Origin: a virus | Lineage: Duplodnaviria; Caudoviricetes | IMG/VR virus record: IMGVR_UViG_3300038393_000622 | Coordinates: 1-59,854 of that record | DNA: 59,854 nucleotides | Reading direction: 5' to 3' (one strand) | Shown: positions 1 through 8,777 of the stretch, one piece after another | Layout of the letters: each line of letters begins with the position of its first letter | How positions within the stretch are numbered: position 1 is the stretch's first letter | The notes under the pieces: generated by a model | The model's input: only the letters and a program-made list of their open reading frames with translations | The model's database searches: none | Told to the model about the DNA's origin: nothing | Program-made: the position numbers and the translations under genes

Positions 1-178
1 CCTGAATGCAGCCTTCGGTTCCAAGCTCGGACTAGAGAATCAGCACATTCAGGGGGGGGCTGGGCTGTTCGTCCCGGCAGTGATGCCTACCAACGGAGCT
101 GCCTTTGTCGATTCCCATCCTACGCTGGCGGTCGCCCTGCGTGGCCGTGATGGCGGTGCCACCGCTGAATTGGGCGAT
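1..178. repeat. Terminal direct repeat, copy 1 (circular assembly overlap)
   Basis: Same as 59676-59854 except the G-run after CACATTCA has 8 G here and 9 G in the other copy. Confidence 0.95.
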
Positions 179-1048
179 GTTATAGCGAACTGCCTGCGCG
201 CTTCAACGGGCGGCGGCGACAAACCGCATGTGCTGGCCCCGATCTGCTTCAGCAGTAAGGACTATGGCGCCGACGCCTGCGTGGATCTTGCACCGACCCT
301 GCGCGCCGGTGGTCACAGCGATAGCCACGCGAACGCTGGTGTGCCGCCTGCAATCGCGTTCCACGCCACCGACTACAAGAACGGAACGTTTGAGCAGGTC
401 GAGACAGCGCGGACGATCACTACCAGCGCCGACCGCACGCGTGCCGCGCCAATCTTGGCCAGCTACGCGATTCAGGCTGGCGCATTGCGCACCAACCCGG
501 CCAGCGTCCCGGATGGCGTGGGTGTGCAGGAATCCATCGCCTACACGCTGGAGGCGCGCGCCGAGGTGCAGGCTGTCTGCGTCACTGGCGACATCACGCA
601 CACGCTCAAAGCCGAAGGATTCGACGCGAGCGAGGACGGGACCGGGCGCGGGCAGCCGATTGTGGCCGCATTCCAGTCGAGCCAACCCGGCGTTCGCCTA
701 TCGGACACGCACGCGACACTGGATGCCAACAATGGCCCACGCCGCCATAACGGCGCGCTCGTCGGCATGGCCGTCCGCCGCCTCACTCCGCGCGAGTGCG
801 AACGCCTCCAAGGATTCCCCGACGACTACACGCTGATTCCGATGCGCCCCGAACGCAAGATCAGCCAGGACAAGCTGGACCGCGATTACCTCAAATACCT
901 GGAGCGCGGCGGCGTGCTGACCTACGAGCAGTGCATGCGCGCTGCCGCCGATGGTCCGCGCTACAAGGCGCTTGGCAATAGCTGGGCCATCCCGAAAGTG
1001 CGCTGGATTGGCGCACGCATCAACGCTGCCATTATGGAGTCAGCATGA
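2..1048 (+). CDS. C-terminal part of a C5 DNA cytosine methyltransferase (variable region plus motifs IX-X), continuing across the circle junction
   Basis: VRRLTPRECERLQGFPDDYT (motif IX) and RYKALGNSW (motif X); frame open from position 2 when the tract is G8. Confidence 0.85.
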   Translation: MNAAFGSKLGLENQHIQGGAGLFVPAVMPTNGAAFVDSHPTLAVALRGRDGGATAELGDVIANCLRASTGGGDKPHVLAPICFSSKDYGADACVDLAPTLRAGGHSDSHANAGVPPAIAFHATDYKNGTFEQVETARTITTSADRTRAAPILASYAIQAGALRTNPASVPDGVGVQESIAYTLEARAEVQAVCVTGDITHTLKAEGFDASEDGTGRGQPIVAAFQSSQPGVRLSDTHATLDANNGPRRHNGALVGMAVRRLTPRECERLQGFPDDYTLIPMRPERKISQDKLDRDYLKYLERGGVLTYEQCMRAAADGPRYKALGNSWAIPKVRWIGARINAAIMESA

Positions 1049-1248
1049 TCCGCACCTTCCAAAACCGCCTGCGCCGCAGCCGATACGGCAACGTCATCAC
1101 CGGTATCACCAAGACCATGCTGGCCGCGCATTTCAACAACATGTCCAAGCAGATCACCGCTGAGCGCACCGCCCAGCGCGAATCTGCCGAAGACCAAGCT
1201 GAGCAGGTTATCAAAGCTCTGGCCGACAGCCTGTGGGTGTCGAAATGA
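1045..1248 (+). CDS. Hypothetical phage protein
   Basis: ATGA overlaps with both neighbours; GGAG RBS. Confidence 0.6.
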   Translation: MIRTFQNRLRRSRYGNVITGITKTMLAAHFNNMSKQITAERTAQRESAEDQAEQVIKALADSLWVSK

Positions 1249-1661
1249 AGCGCCACGTTCCCCTAGTCAGCAAGACGCCGCTTGGGCGTACCAGCTTCCT
1301 GCGCATGGACAGCACCCGCGAGCGCCGCGCGCCGAAGCAGATTAAGAGCCGCGGCCCGAAGATGACGCCAATCCGTCGCGCAGCTCGCGGCCAGGAGTGC
1401 ACGCTGCAGATCCTCGGCGTCTGCAATGGTGATTCGACCACTACCGTGCTGTGCCATTCAAATCGCCTGGCTGACGGCAAGGGCATGGGATTGAAGGCGC
1501 CTGACCACGCTGGCTGTTTTGGTTGTTCGTCATGCCATGACGTTCTGGATGGGCGCGCACCACGGCCGGCGCACCTGACCTACGAAGGCCTGCTCGCGCT
1601 GTTCGACTACGCACGCGAGCGGACGCACGCGATTCTGCGCGCGAAGGGGTTGATGGAATGA
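1245..1661 (+). CDS. DUF1364-like (HNH/Zn nuclease-like) protein
   Basis: AARGQECTLQILGVC...TTVLCH...GMGLKAPD...GCSSCHDVLDGR pattern. Confidence 0.8.
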   Translation: MKRHVPLVSKTPLGRTSFLRMDSTRERRAPKQIKSRGPKMTPIRRAARGQECTLQILGVCNGDSTTTVLCHSNRLADGKGMGLKAPDHAGCFGCSSCHDVLDGRAPRPAHLTYEGLLALFDYARERTHAILRAKGLME

Positions 1662-1818
1662 TCGACATCACAATCCCACTCGCTATCTTTGTCGGGGTGA
1701 TCGGCGCGATCCTCTTCTATTACGGCTTCACCCGCCCATGCACCATCTGCGATGACATTGAGAGCGGTCAGCAGTGTTGGGAATGCGGCAAGCTGAAAAG
1801 AGAGGGCTCCAGCGATGA
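1658..1818 (+). CDS. Small membrane/Zn-finger hypothetical protein (end approximate)
   Basis: ATGA overlap at the 5' end, hydrophobic N-terminus, CxxC pairs. Confidence 0.4.
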
Positions 1819-2579
1819 CGTTTGAGAAGGTTCAAATCGGCTCAGCCACGCTCTACCGCGGCGACGCACTCGAAATTGCTCACACGCTTGGCGACTTCGA
1901 TGCGCTGATCTCCGACCCGCCGTATGGTCAGAGACTCAACGTCAACACCATGCACGCCGGCGGCACGAGAGAGAAGGCTGTTGTGCAGCGCAATGGAAAA
2001 ACCTTGCTGGTTCGCCCGAATGTGCACGCCAACATCATAGGCGACGACAAGCCGTTTGATCCGTCGCCATGGCTCGACTTCGCACCCATCGTCATGCTTT
2101 GGGGTGCACACAAGTTTGCTGACCGTCTTCCGTCTGGTGGCTGGCTTGTGTGGGACAAAGTACCGACCGGGAAGGTGCGCGATCAGGGCGACGGCGAGGC
2201 CGCATGGATCAATGATGACCGTCCGATGCGGATCTTCCGGTTGCTATGGGATGGACTCTGCGTCGGAGCCGGTGCGCGCCACGAAGTGACGGCTGGGCAA
2301 AAACGGCTTCATCCTGCTCAAAAGCCGGAAATGCTCATGCGTTGGTGCATCGAGCAGGCCGGCTACCCGAAGCGAATCATTGATCCGTATTTCGGAAGCT
2401 GCTCGACTGGTGTTGCCGCGGTGCAGATGGGTTGCGAGTTCGTAGGTATCGAGTTGGACGGGCATCACTTCGATACCGGCTGCAAGCGCGTCGAGGCGGC
2501 GCAACGTCAGCAAACGCTTTTCCCTCCTCGCCAGGATGCCGTCCAGCTTGATGCTTTCGCTACTGCTGAGGGTGAGTAA
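1815..2579 (+). CDS. DNA amino-methyltransferase (N6-A/N4-C, beta-class order)
   Basis: DPPY catalytic motif precedes HPAQKP and the DPYFGSCSTG SAM-binding motif. Confidence 0.9.
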   Translation: MTFEKVQIGSATLYRGDALEIAHTLGDFDALISDPPYGQRLNVNTMHAGGTREKAVVQRNGKTLLVRPNVHANIIGDDKPFDPSPWLDFAPIVMLWGAHKFADRLPSGGWLVWDKVPTGKVRDQGDGEAAWINDDRPMRIFRLLWDGLCVGAGARHEVTAGQKRLHPAQKPEMLMRWCIEQAGYPKRIIDPYFGSCSTGVAAVQMGCEFVGIELDGHHFDTGCKRVEAAQRQQTLFPPRQDAVQLDAFATAEGE

Positions 2580-3359
2580 ATGGCGCGCGCACGCAACCTC
2601 AAGCCAGGTCTGCTCAAGAATGAAATTCTTGGTGTTGCAGACCCGCTGTACACGCTTCTGTTCGAAGGCCTCTGGATCCTAGCTGACCGCGATGGACGCC
2701 TAGAAGACCGCCCGCTGCGGATCAAGGCCGAGGTTTTCCCGTATCGCGAAGGTCTCGATGCAGATGCCATGCTCACGTGGCTGGTCGAAAAAGGCTTCAT
2801 CCTGCGCTACGAGGCGAACGGCGCTCGCTACATCCAGGTGATCGAGTTCGCCAAACACCAGAACCCCCACAAGGACGAAAAGAAAAGCGAGATACCTGCA
2901 CCCAACTTGCACGGTGCAAGTACTGTTCAAGAAAAGGGTTTGCACCAAACTTACCCGGCTGATTCCCTCTTCTCTGATTCTCCGATTCCTGATTTCCTAT
3001 CTAAACCCTCGGGCGGGCGCAAAAAAGCCGCGCCGACCGAGGATGCAGATTTCGATGAGGCCTATGCGCTCTATCCGCGACGCCCCGGTTCCAGCAAAGC
3101 GTCTGCGCTGAAAGCCTGGCGTGCTCGCCGTGCTGCTGGTGTCGAGGCCGCGGTGATGATCGCTGGCGTGAAGCGCTACGCGCAGTACGTCGCCCTCGCC
3201 AAGACCGAGCCGAATTTCATCAAGATGCCCGCCACGTTCTTCGGGCCTGACCGCCATTTCGATGCCGACTGGACGTTCGTTCCGCGCACAGGACCGCCTG
3301 ACCGGCGAGACGAAAAGTTTGATCCAGTCGCCTACGTCAACCGAAACCGGAAATCCTGA
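2580..3359 (+). CDS. Replication initiator (lambda O-like)
   Basis: MARARNLKPG...LADRDGRLEDRP N-terminus and C-terminal FDEAYALYPRR...FIKMPATFF domain; position in the early right operon. Confidence 0.85.
   Translation: MARARNLKPGLLKNEILGVADPLYTLLFEGLWILADRDGRLEDRPLRIKAEVFPYREGLDADAMLTWLVEKGFILRYEANGARYIQVIEFAKHQNPHKDEKKSEIPAPNLHGASTVQEKGLHQTYPADSLFSDSPIPDFLSKPSGGRKKAAPTEDADFDEAYALYPRRPGSSKASALKAWRARRAAGVEAAVMIAGVKRYAQYVALAKTEPNFIKMPATFFGPDRHFDADWTFVPRTGPPDRRDEKFDPVAYVNRNRKS
2895..3000. repeat. Candidate replication origin inside the initiator gene
   Basis: Inverted repeat ACTTGCAC-G-GTGCAAGT (2905-2921), further TGCAC copies and four GATT(C/T) repeats at 2961-2996. Confidence 0.45.
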
Positions 3360-4117
3360 TGAGTCAGCTTGCAGAAATCGCAGAATTGCCATCCTCACCG
3401 AGCACGCGCCCCTACTCGCAGTGGTTCGAGGTTTCGCCGGCGCTGGGTATTTCGTTGATGGATCACCTGTACAACCGCTTGGACGGCGCCTACCCGAACA
3501 AGTGGCGGGCCAACTTCGCCAACCAGCAGGCAATCGACAACTGGCAGGAGAGCTGGGTCGAGGCGTTCGAGGAAGAGGGCATCACGCCGGCCGATGTGAA
3601 AGCCGGTCTGCGTGAATGCCGCAAGCGCTACACCTGGCCCCCGAGTTGCGCCGAGTTCATCCAAGCGTGCAAGCCGTCTGTCGATCCCCTAGTCGCCTAC
3701 CACGAAGCCATCGCCGGCATCGAAGCGCGCGGCAAAGGCGAGTGGGGCACCTGGTCGCACCCAGCGATTTATTGGGCGGCGATGCTGCTCCGTGTCGACC
3801 TGATGGGACAGAGCTACGGGCAGATCAAGGATCGCTGGGCTTCGGTTCTCAAGGGACACCTTGACCGGAATGAATGGGCCGAAATCCCACCGCCTCGGAA
3901 GTTACTACCTCCACCGGAAACGTCGCCAGTAGCGAAGGATCTGGCCGAGAAGATGGTCAAGGAGCTCGGCGCCACCGGCGTCCTGAAGACCGAAGTGCAG
4001 GGCGATGGTCGCGGCTGGGCGCGCAAGATCCTTGAACGCGAAAAGCGAGGCGAGAAGATCGCGATCACCGTGTCGAAAATGGCACGCGAAGCTCTCGGCT
4101 TGGAGACCGCACCATGA
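3359..4117 (+). CDS. Replication protein P-like helicase loader
   Basis: Coupled to the initiator; WPPSCAEFIQAC and WSHPAIYWAA motifs. Confidence 0.7.
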   Translation: MSQLAEIAELPSSPSTRPYSQWFEVSPALGISLMDHLYNRLDGAYPNKWRANFANQQAIDNWQESWVEAFEEEGITPADVKAGLRECRKRYTWPPSCAEFIQACKPSVDPLVAYHEAIAGIEARGKGEWGTWSHPAIYWAAMLLRVDLMGQSYGQIKDRWASVLKGHLDRNEWAEIPPPRKLLPPPETSPVAKDLAEKMVKELGATGVLKTEVQGDGRGWARKILEREKRGEKIAITVSKMAREALGLETAP

Positions 4118-4302
4118 GCAATTTCCAACCAGGCGACACCGTAGAAGGCTGCGGCTTCTGCGAGGCGACGGAACGCAACGGCATGACCGCAGTGGTGAAA
4201 GCCGCATCCATCGGTGTCTACGACGTTCAGTGGGCCGATGGGCAGGTTTGGACTGTTTGCGAGAGTAATGTGCAGGCAGTTCGTGAGCGCGAGAGCGCAT
4301 AA
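4114..4302 (+). CDS. Hypothetical protein
   Basis: ATGA overlap; SH3/KOW-like FQPGDTV start. Confidence 0.55.
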   Translation: MSNFQPGDTVEGCGFCEATERNGMTAVVKAASIGVYDVQWADGQVWTVCESNVQAVRERESA

Positions 4303-4317
4303 CAACGGGAGACGGCT

Positions 4318-4587
4318 TTGAAAGAAAATGAAAAAGGTTGCCATAACTGCGTACACCGTTTCGGCTTGATGCGCAACATCTGGCAGTGCAGCCGAACGGG
4401 ATATTTCACCGAAACTGAAATGAAATGCGGAGGCCGCTGCGCAGACGGCAAGGAAGGTGCCGATCTTCGCCTTTGGGCTCCGCGGCCAACGCCATTGCGG
4501 CGAATTCTTAACGTAATCCGGCTCGACGACCGCAGCACCCGCGACGAATCGAGCAAGGACTACGGCGGCTGGATAGGTGGAGCATGA
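4318..4587 (+). CDS. Hypothetical Cys-rich protein
   Basis: GGAG RBS before TTG; CxxC motifs. Confidence 0.45.
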   Translation: MKENEKGCHNCVHRFGLMRNIWQCSRTGYFTETEMKCGGRCADGKEGADLRLWAPRPTPLRRILNVIRLDDRSTRDESSKDYGGWIGGA

Positions 4588-5072
4588 CCAAGCGCCGCCA
4601 CAAACCGTACCGCCCCAAGTACGTATCCACCAACCCGATGACCATGCTGTTCGGCGGTATGAGCGCGACCCACGTCGACCATCTGCGCGAACTGCAGATT
4701 AAGAACCACCTGGCGATGGCTGAGCTCGCGCAAGGCCGCGGCACGAAGGCGCAGTGGGATCAGATCGTAGGCGCCATCAACATCGCCAATGTCCTGTGCG
4801 AGCAGGGCTTCGGTGACGAGTTCCGCGCCGAGACCATCGCAGCCCGCGACGCCATGCTGGAAGTCGGCAAGCGCTTTATGAAGACCGGCAAATTCGTCTT
4901 CACTGGCGATGAGTTGCAGGCGGTGAATCGCGCGCTTGATTGCCACGATGCCCAGCTGGAGAACGTGCGTGCCATCGATATCGACCGGGCGGCAAACGAG
5001 GTCATCCGGCGCGTGCGCCATCGGATCAACAGCACCAGTGTGATGCGCGAAATGCGCAAGGAGGCGGCATGA
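4584..5072 (+). CDS. Conserved-type hypothetical phage protein
   Basis: KRRHKPYRPK start, EAA end, coupled overlaps. Confidence 0.7.
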   Translation: MTKRRHKPYRPKYVSTNPMTMLFGGMSATHVDHLRELQIKNHLAMAELAQGRGTKAQWDQIVGAINIANVLCEQGFGDEFRAETIAARDAMLEVGKRFMKTGKFVFTGDELQAVNRALDCHDAQLENVRAIDIDRAANEVIRRVRHRINSTSVMREMRKEAA

Positions 5073-5566
5073 GCGCTCTCATCCTTGCTCTTGATCCTGG
5101 GACTGAGGAAACAGGCTGGTGTGTCTACGACGGCAAGCAAGTTATCGATTCCGATGTTTCACCAAACGACGACATCATCAATTTGGTGCGCAAAGATGCG
5201 TTCAGCCATCTGTGTATCGAAATGATCGCCTCCTACGGCATGGCTGTAGGCCGTGAGGTGTTCGAAACCTGCGTCTGGATTGGGCGCTTCCAGCAGGCGT
5301 GGCACTCGCCTGACGCTGTGCGGCTGATCTATCGTCGCGACGTCAAGTTGCACCTGTGCGGCACGAGTAAAGCGAAAGATCCGAACGTGCGCCAAGCGTT
5401 GCTTGATCTTTTTCCGCGAACCGGCGGCGGCAAGACTCCGCAGATCGGCACGAAAGCGAAGCCGGGCCCGCTGTATGGCGTCTCGTCGCATGCTTGGGCC
5501 GCGCTCGGCGTAGCCGTCACTGCAGCTCATTTAACCGATTTCCTCGGAGGTCAACATGCGAAATGA
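5069..5566 (+). CDS. RuvC-like Holliday junction resolvase
   Basis: ILALDPG...IEM...KAKD...HAWAALGVA RNase H-fold pattern. Confidence 0.8.
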   Translation: MSALILALDPGTEETGWCVYDGKQVIDSDVSPNDDIINLVRKDAFSHLCIEMIASYGMAVGREVFETCVWIGRFQQAWHSPDAVRLIYRRDVKLHLCGTSKAKDPNVRQALLDLFPRTGGGKTPQIGTKAKPGPLYGVSSHAWAALGVAVTAAHLTDFLGGQHAK

Positions 5567-5756
5567 ACCCATAGTACATGTCATGGCATCGGAAACCGAC
5601 CGAGCCCCGCGCCTCACCACCATAGAGCCGCGTTTCCGCATTGGCGACTGGTCGGACGGCACGATCGAGCTGCAGCGGAACGGCGTGCACCTGGTGGCGC
5701 TGACCAAAGACGAATTCGAGCAGATCGGGAAGTTTTACAACCTGCGCGCGGCATAG
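5556..5756 (+). CDS. Hypothetical protein
   Basis: GGAGG RBS; lies within the operon. Confidence 0.55.
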   Translation: MRNEPIVHVMASETDRAPRLTTIEPRFRIGDWSDGTIELQRNGVHLVALTKDEFEQIGKFYNLRAA

Positions 5757-5764
5757 GAGCCACC

Positions 5765-6193
5765 ATGCAAATCATTTTCTCTTGGCTGATTTCAGGTTTG
5801 ATCGTCGCCGCCGTCGCTGCATCCGTTAGGCACCTGTGGCAAGTAAAGCGCGAGCGTGACGCCGCGGTAGCGGAATCGAAGCGCAAGCGCGAGGAGGCGA
5901 TGTCACGGTACTTGAAGGCGAGGGTGGCCGCGCGCACCGCGCCATCACCATCGCGTCAGGCTTCCACTGGTGGCACCAAACCATCCGCAATCTCGCAGCC
6001 ATACTACCCGCCGGATTGCGAAGTGCTGCGTGAATCGTGGTCCGAGCCGTGCAAGTTCGATGGTGCGCCAGCATTCTCTGGTGGTGGTGGCTCATTCGAC
6101 GGCGGCGGCGCTTCCGGCGATTGGAGCAGTAGCTCGTCGTGCTCGTCGCCCGATAGCTCCAGCTCGGACAGTAGTTGCGGATCGTCCGATTAA
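5765..6193 (+). CDS. Membrane-anchored protein with Gly/Ser-rich tail
   Basis: N-terminal TM helix; FSGGGGSFDGGGASGDW followed by poly-Ser. Confidence 0.65.
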   Translation: MQIIFSWLISGLIVAAVAASVRHLWQVKRERDAAVAESKRKREEAMSRYLKARVAARTAPSPSRQASTGGTKPSAISQPYYPPDCEVLRESWSEPCKFDGAPAFSGGGGSFDGGGASGDWSSSSSCSSPDSSSSDSSCGSSD

Positions 6194-6211
6194 GACCGCA
6201 AAGGGGCTCTC

Positions 6212-6394
6212 ATGCTATTGATTGTCGAATGGATTGCAGTTGCGCTTTTCGTGGCCGCGATGTTGGCTCTGATCAGGGAATTGCGGCGAATCCATAAAAG
6301 GTGGATCGAGCTCAGCGCCGTTGTTGAGGATGCTGAACGCGAAACGCGACGACGTCTTGCCAAGCTCTTCCGGTCTTTCCGGCGCGAACGCTAA
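6212..6394 (+). CDS. Small membrane protein
   Basis: N-terminal TM segment; AGGGG RBS. Confidence 0.5.
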   Translation: MLLIVEWIAVALFVAAMLALIRELRRIHKRWIELSAVVEDAERETRRRLAKLFRSFRRER

Positions 6395-6492
6395 GAAATA
6401 GGCATCAGGACTTGCTGAAAATAATTTCTATCCTTACGTCAATTATTTGACACTCTGTGGTAGCATGGTCGAGGCTAACACGGAGGAAAGCA

Positions 6493-7038
6493 ATGTTCGT
6501 TGAAAAGTACACGCGCTCTGTCAATAGTTCGGACCTCCGTGACGACGAACTCCACCATGCGACCGATGCGCTGGTAGCCGCTGCGCTAGCCGATGCTTCT
6601 GGTTCCGGCGCGGTACTCGGATCATTGCTGGCGCGGGTGAAGTACGCAGATGGCACGGTCCACAAGTCGTTTGAAGCTGGTACGGCAAATCTGGCTTCAC
6701 TGGTGCGCGCCTGGACGCTGATCGTCACTGAAAAAGGGCGCTCGCGCGGCTGGATGAAACCGACGACTGAGTGGGACGTCCTGGCTGCGCTGTCACTCTA
6801 CAAACGCGTGGCTGAGCAGTCGCTTGCGTATTGGCTTGACGGGCATTGCGAGGTTTGTCACGGCGCCAAGGTGACGCGCGACCGGCGGACTTGCACATGT
6901 TGCGGGGGTACCGGGCGAGCTGCGATTGAAGGCGGGCGTTTCGAAACTGACAAGATCAAGGACATGGTGAGCGAATTAGAAGGATTGTTTCAGGCGCATA
7001 GTGGGCGCGCTGCGGCGATGCTGCGGCGTGCAGCGTGA
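6493..7038 (+). CDS. Late-gene antiterminator, Q-like
   Basis: GGAGG RBS; CEVCHG...CTCCGGTG zinc finger; last early gene, directly before a promoter-terminator unit. Confidence 0.7.
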   Translation: MFVEKYTRSVNSSDLRDDELHHATDALVAAALADASGSGAVLGSLLARVKYADGTVHKSFEAGTANLASLVRAWTLIVTEKGRSRGWMKPTTEWDVLAALSLYKRVAEQSLAYWLDGHCEVCHGAKVTRDRRTCTCCGGTGRAAIEGGRFETDKIKDMVSELEGLFQAHSGRAAAMLRRAA

Positions 7039-7042
7039 TCTG

Positions 7043-7071
7043 TTGCATTTCCAAAAGTTTCCGTGTAGGAT
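7043..7071 (+). promoter_or_regulatory. Late promoter pR'-like
   Basis: TTGCAT-N17-TAGGAT immediately after the Q stop codon. Confidence 0.65.
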
Positions 7072-7182
7072 GAACTCCTACAACATTCTCCCGGCCCGCG
7101 TAATGATCGCGCAAGCGGCACCGCTCACCGGGACAGTCGAGCGCCCATCAGTTGATGGCTTCGCTCGCTCTGAAATTTTGAG

Positions 7183-7212
7183 AGCCCGCCACCGCAAGGT
7201 CGTGGGCTTTTT
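7183..7212 (+). terminator. Intrinsic terminator tR'-like
   Basis: AGCCC..ACC-GCAA-GGT..GGGCT stem followed by a T-run. Confidence 0.7.
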
Positions 7213-7406
7213 GCATTTCCGGCGTCATCCAGTACACGGCCAATAAATGCCAGTCTGGCACCTGTCCGCCGACCAATAGGCAGGTGAAAGAATTCGCGGG
7301 CTCGCAACGCCGGGCCTGATCCAGCGTCTCCTGCCTTCGCCCCACACTGTCGAAGGCATTCTGCGGCCAGCTAACCACTGGCCGCTCTTTTATTCCGGCG
7401 GCTGCC

Positions 7407-7649
7407 ATGACCAACTGCCTGCTGTACGCCGTAGCGCTCTACCTGCGCCGGTTCCAGCAAGGTCGCCGCCAGTACCTGCAGTTTCGTAAATCTGACATGG
7501 GCTGGTTCCCGCACTTCCTCTACGCAGAGGAACGCCGCGGCAAGATCCGGCAGGTCAGCTACAAGCCGCTCACCGATAGCTTTGTGCCGCGCCTGGTGTT
7601 CCGAGGCAGGGTGCGCTGGGGCGACGATGAAGGTCACAATTCGCACTGA
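7407..7649 (+). CDS. Hypothetical protein
   Basis: 80-aa ORF at the start of the late operon. Confidence 0.5.
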   Translation: MTNCLLYAVALYLRRFQQGRRQYLQFRKSDMGWFPHFLYAEERRGKIRQVSYKPLTDSFVPRLVFRGRVRWGDDEGHNSH

Positions 7650-7753
7650 GGTGAGGCATGGACGTCCAGGCACATCGTCGTTGGGCGCTGATCCTGATTC
7701 ACTTGGAGCGCGACCGCATGGCGCTGGTTGGCCCGGTGCCGCGCATCGCCTAG

Positions 7754-8203
7754 ATGCCGAGCCGCCCAAAGTCCATTTGCCGCCAGCCAGGCTGCGGCGC
7801 AGTCATTGATTCGCCTGGCTGGTGCAAGACACACACCAAGGCCAAGCAGCAGCAAGACGCCAAGGAGCGCGGTACGGCACAGGAGCGCGGCTACACAAGC
7901 CGATGGTCAAAGGCGCGCACGACATTCCTACGCAGGAACCAGCTGTGTGAGAACTGCCGCATTGGTGGCCGCATCGTTCCGGCCTCAGTCGTCGATCACA
8001 TCACTCCACACAAGCTGAAAGAGGCGATTGACTCGGGCGACGAGCAGCGCATCGCCCGGGCGCGCCAGATATTTTGGGACAGCAGCCAGTGGGCGTCTCT
8101 CTGCAAGCCGTGCCACGACTCAGTGGCGCAGAGCTGCGAGAGGAATGGCACGCGCAAGCCGTGGGCGAAGCAAAGCGATGCTGAATCGCAAGGAATTGCC
8201 TAG
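7754..8203 (+). CDS. HNH endonuclease (HK97 gp74-like packaging cofactor)
   Basis: RGYTSRW, LCENC, VVDHITPH, SLCKPCH; lies upstream of the terminase. Confidence 0.9.
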   Translation: MPSRPKSICRQPGCGAVIDSPGWCKTHTKAKQQQDAKERGTAQERGYTSRWSKARTTFLRRNQLCENCRIGGRIVPASVVDHITPHKLKEAIDSGDEQRIARARQIFWDSSQWASLCKPCHDSVAQSCERNGTRKPWAKQSDAESQGIA

Positions 8204-8244
8204 GCGCACCGAACAAACAGGATGGTTGCTCGCCAGAATCCGTT

Positions 8245-8340
8245 GCCTAGGGGTAGGGCGGGTCGAATCTCTACGGCAATAATTTGGAAAACCGGCCGCG
8301 CAGGCAAAATTTTGCACAGTCAGGTTAGAAAAACCGGTTT
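8245..8340. other. Probable cos region
   Basis: Non-coding gap between HNH and terS with GGGGTAGGGCGGGTC...ACCGGCCGCGC...AAAATTTT, the usual position for HK97-type cos; exact cut site not determinable. Confidence 0.5.
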
Positions 8341-8354
8341 CTTTGAGGACATTC

Positions 8355-8777
8355 ATGCCAGGACCTTCTAAGAAGCGGCCCGCGCTGAAGTCAATCTCAG
8401 GGACCGCACGAACAGATCGAGACGAACCGGCGCCAGTCGTATCGCTGCCGACCGTTGACGCGGTTCCGGCTGCGCCAGACTGGCTGCCGAACATGCACGC
8501 CGTGAAGGAGTGGGATCGCCTCGCGACCATCCTGACGGCGAACAAGCTGCTGACCGAAGGTGGGCTCTCCGCGCTCGGCATGCTCTGTTCGCTGCACGGC
8601 AAGCTGGTGCAGCTTTGGGCTGCTGGCGAAGCGCCGACCGGCCACATGCTCGCCCAGTACCGCAACCTGATCAACGACTTCGGGCTGACGCCGGTCGCGC
8701 AAGGCAAGGTGAAGCCGCTGTCCGACGATAAGGATGCTGGCAACAAGTTCGCCAACAATGGCAAGCGAACGGCGTGA
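8355..8777 (+). CDS. terS: Terminase small subunit (P27 family)
   Basis: MPGPSKKRP...APDWL...EWDR...FGLTP. Confidence 0.85.
   Translation: MPGPSKKRPALKSISGTARTDRDEPAPVVSLPTVDAVPAAPDWLPNMHAVKEWDRLATILTANKLLTEGGLSALGMLCSLHGKLVQLWAAGEAPTGHMLAQYRNLINDFGLTPVAQGKVKPLSDDKDAGNKFANNGKRTA

Noticed and set aside
1-178. Biological direct terminal repeat of the virion DNA
   Set aside because: It falls in the middle of a gene, and the HNH-terS-terL arrangement suggests cos packaging near 8.3 kb, so it is an assembly overlap.
6405-6480. Dedicated promoter for Q (TTGACA at 6447)
   Set aside because: No -10 hexamer at a proper 16-18 nt spacing.
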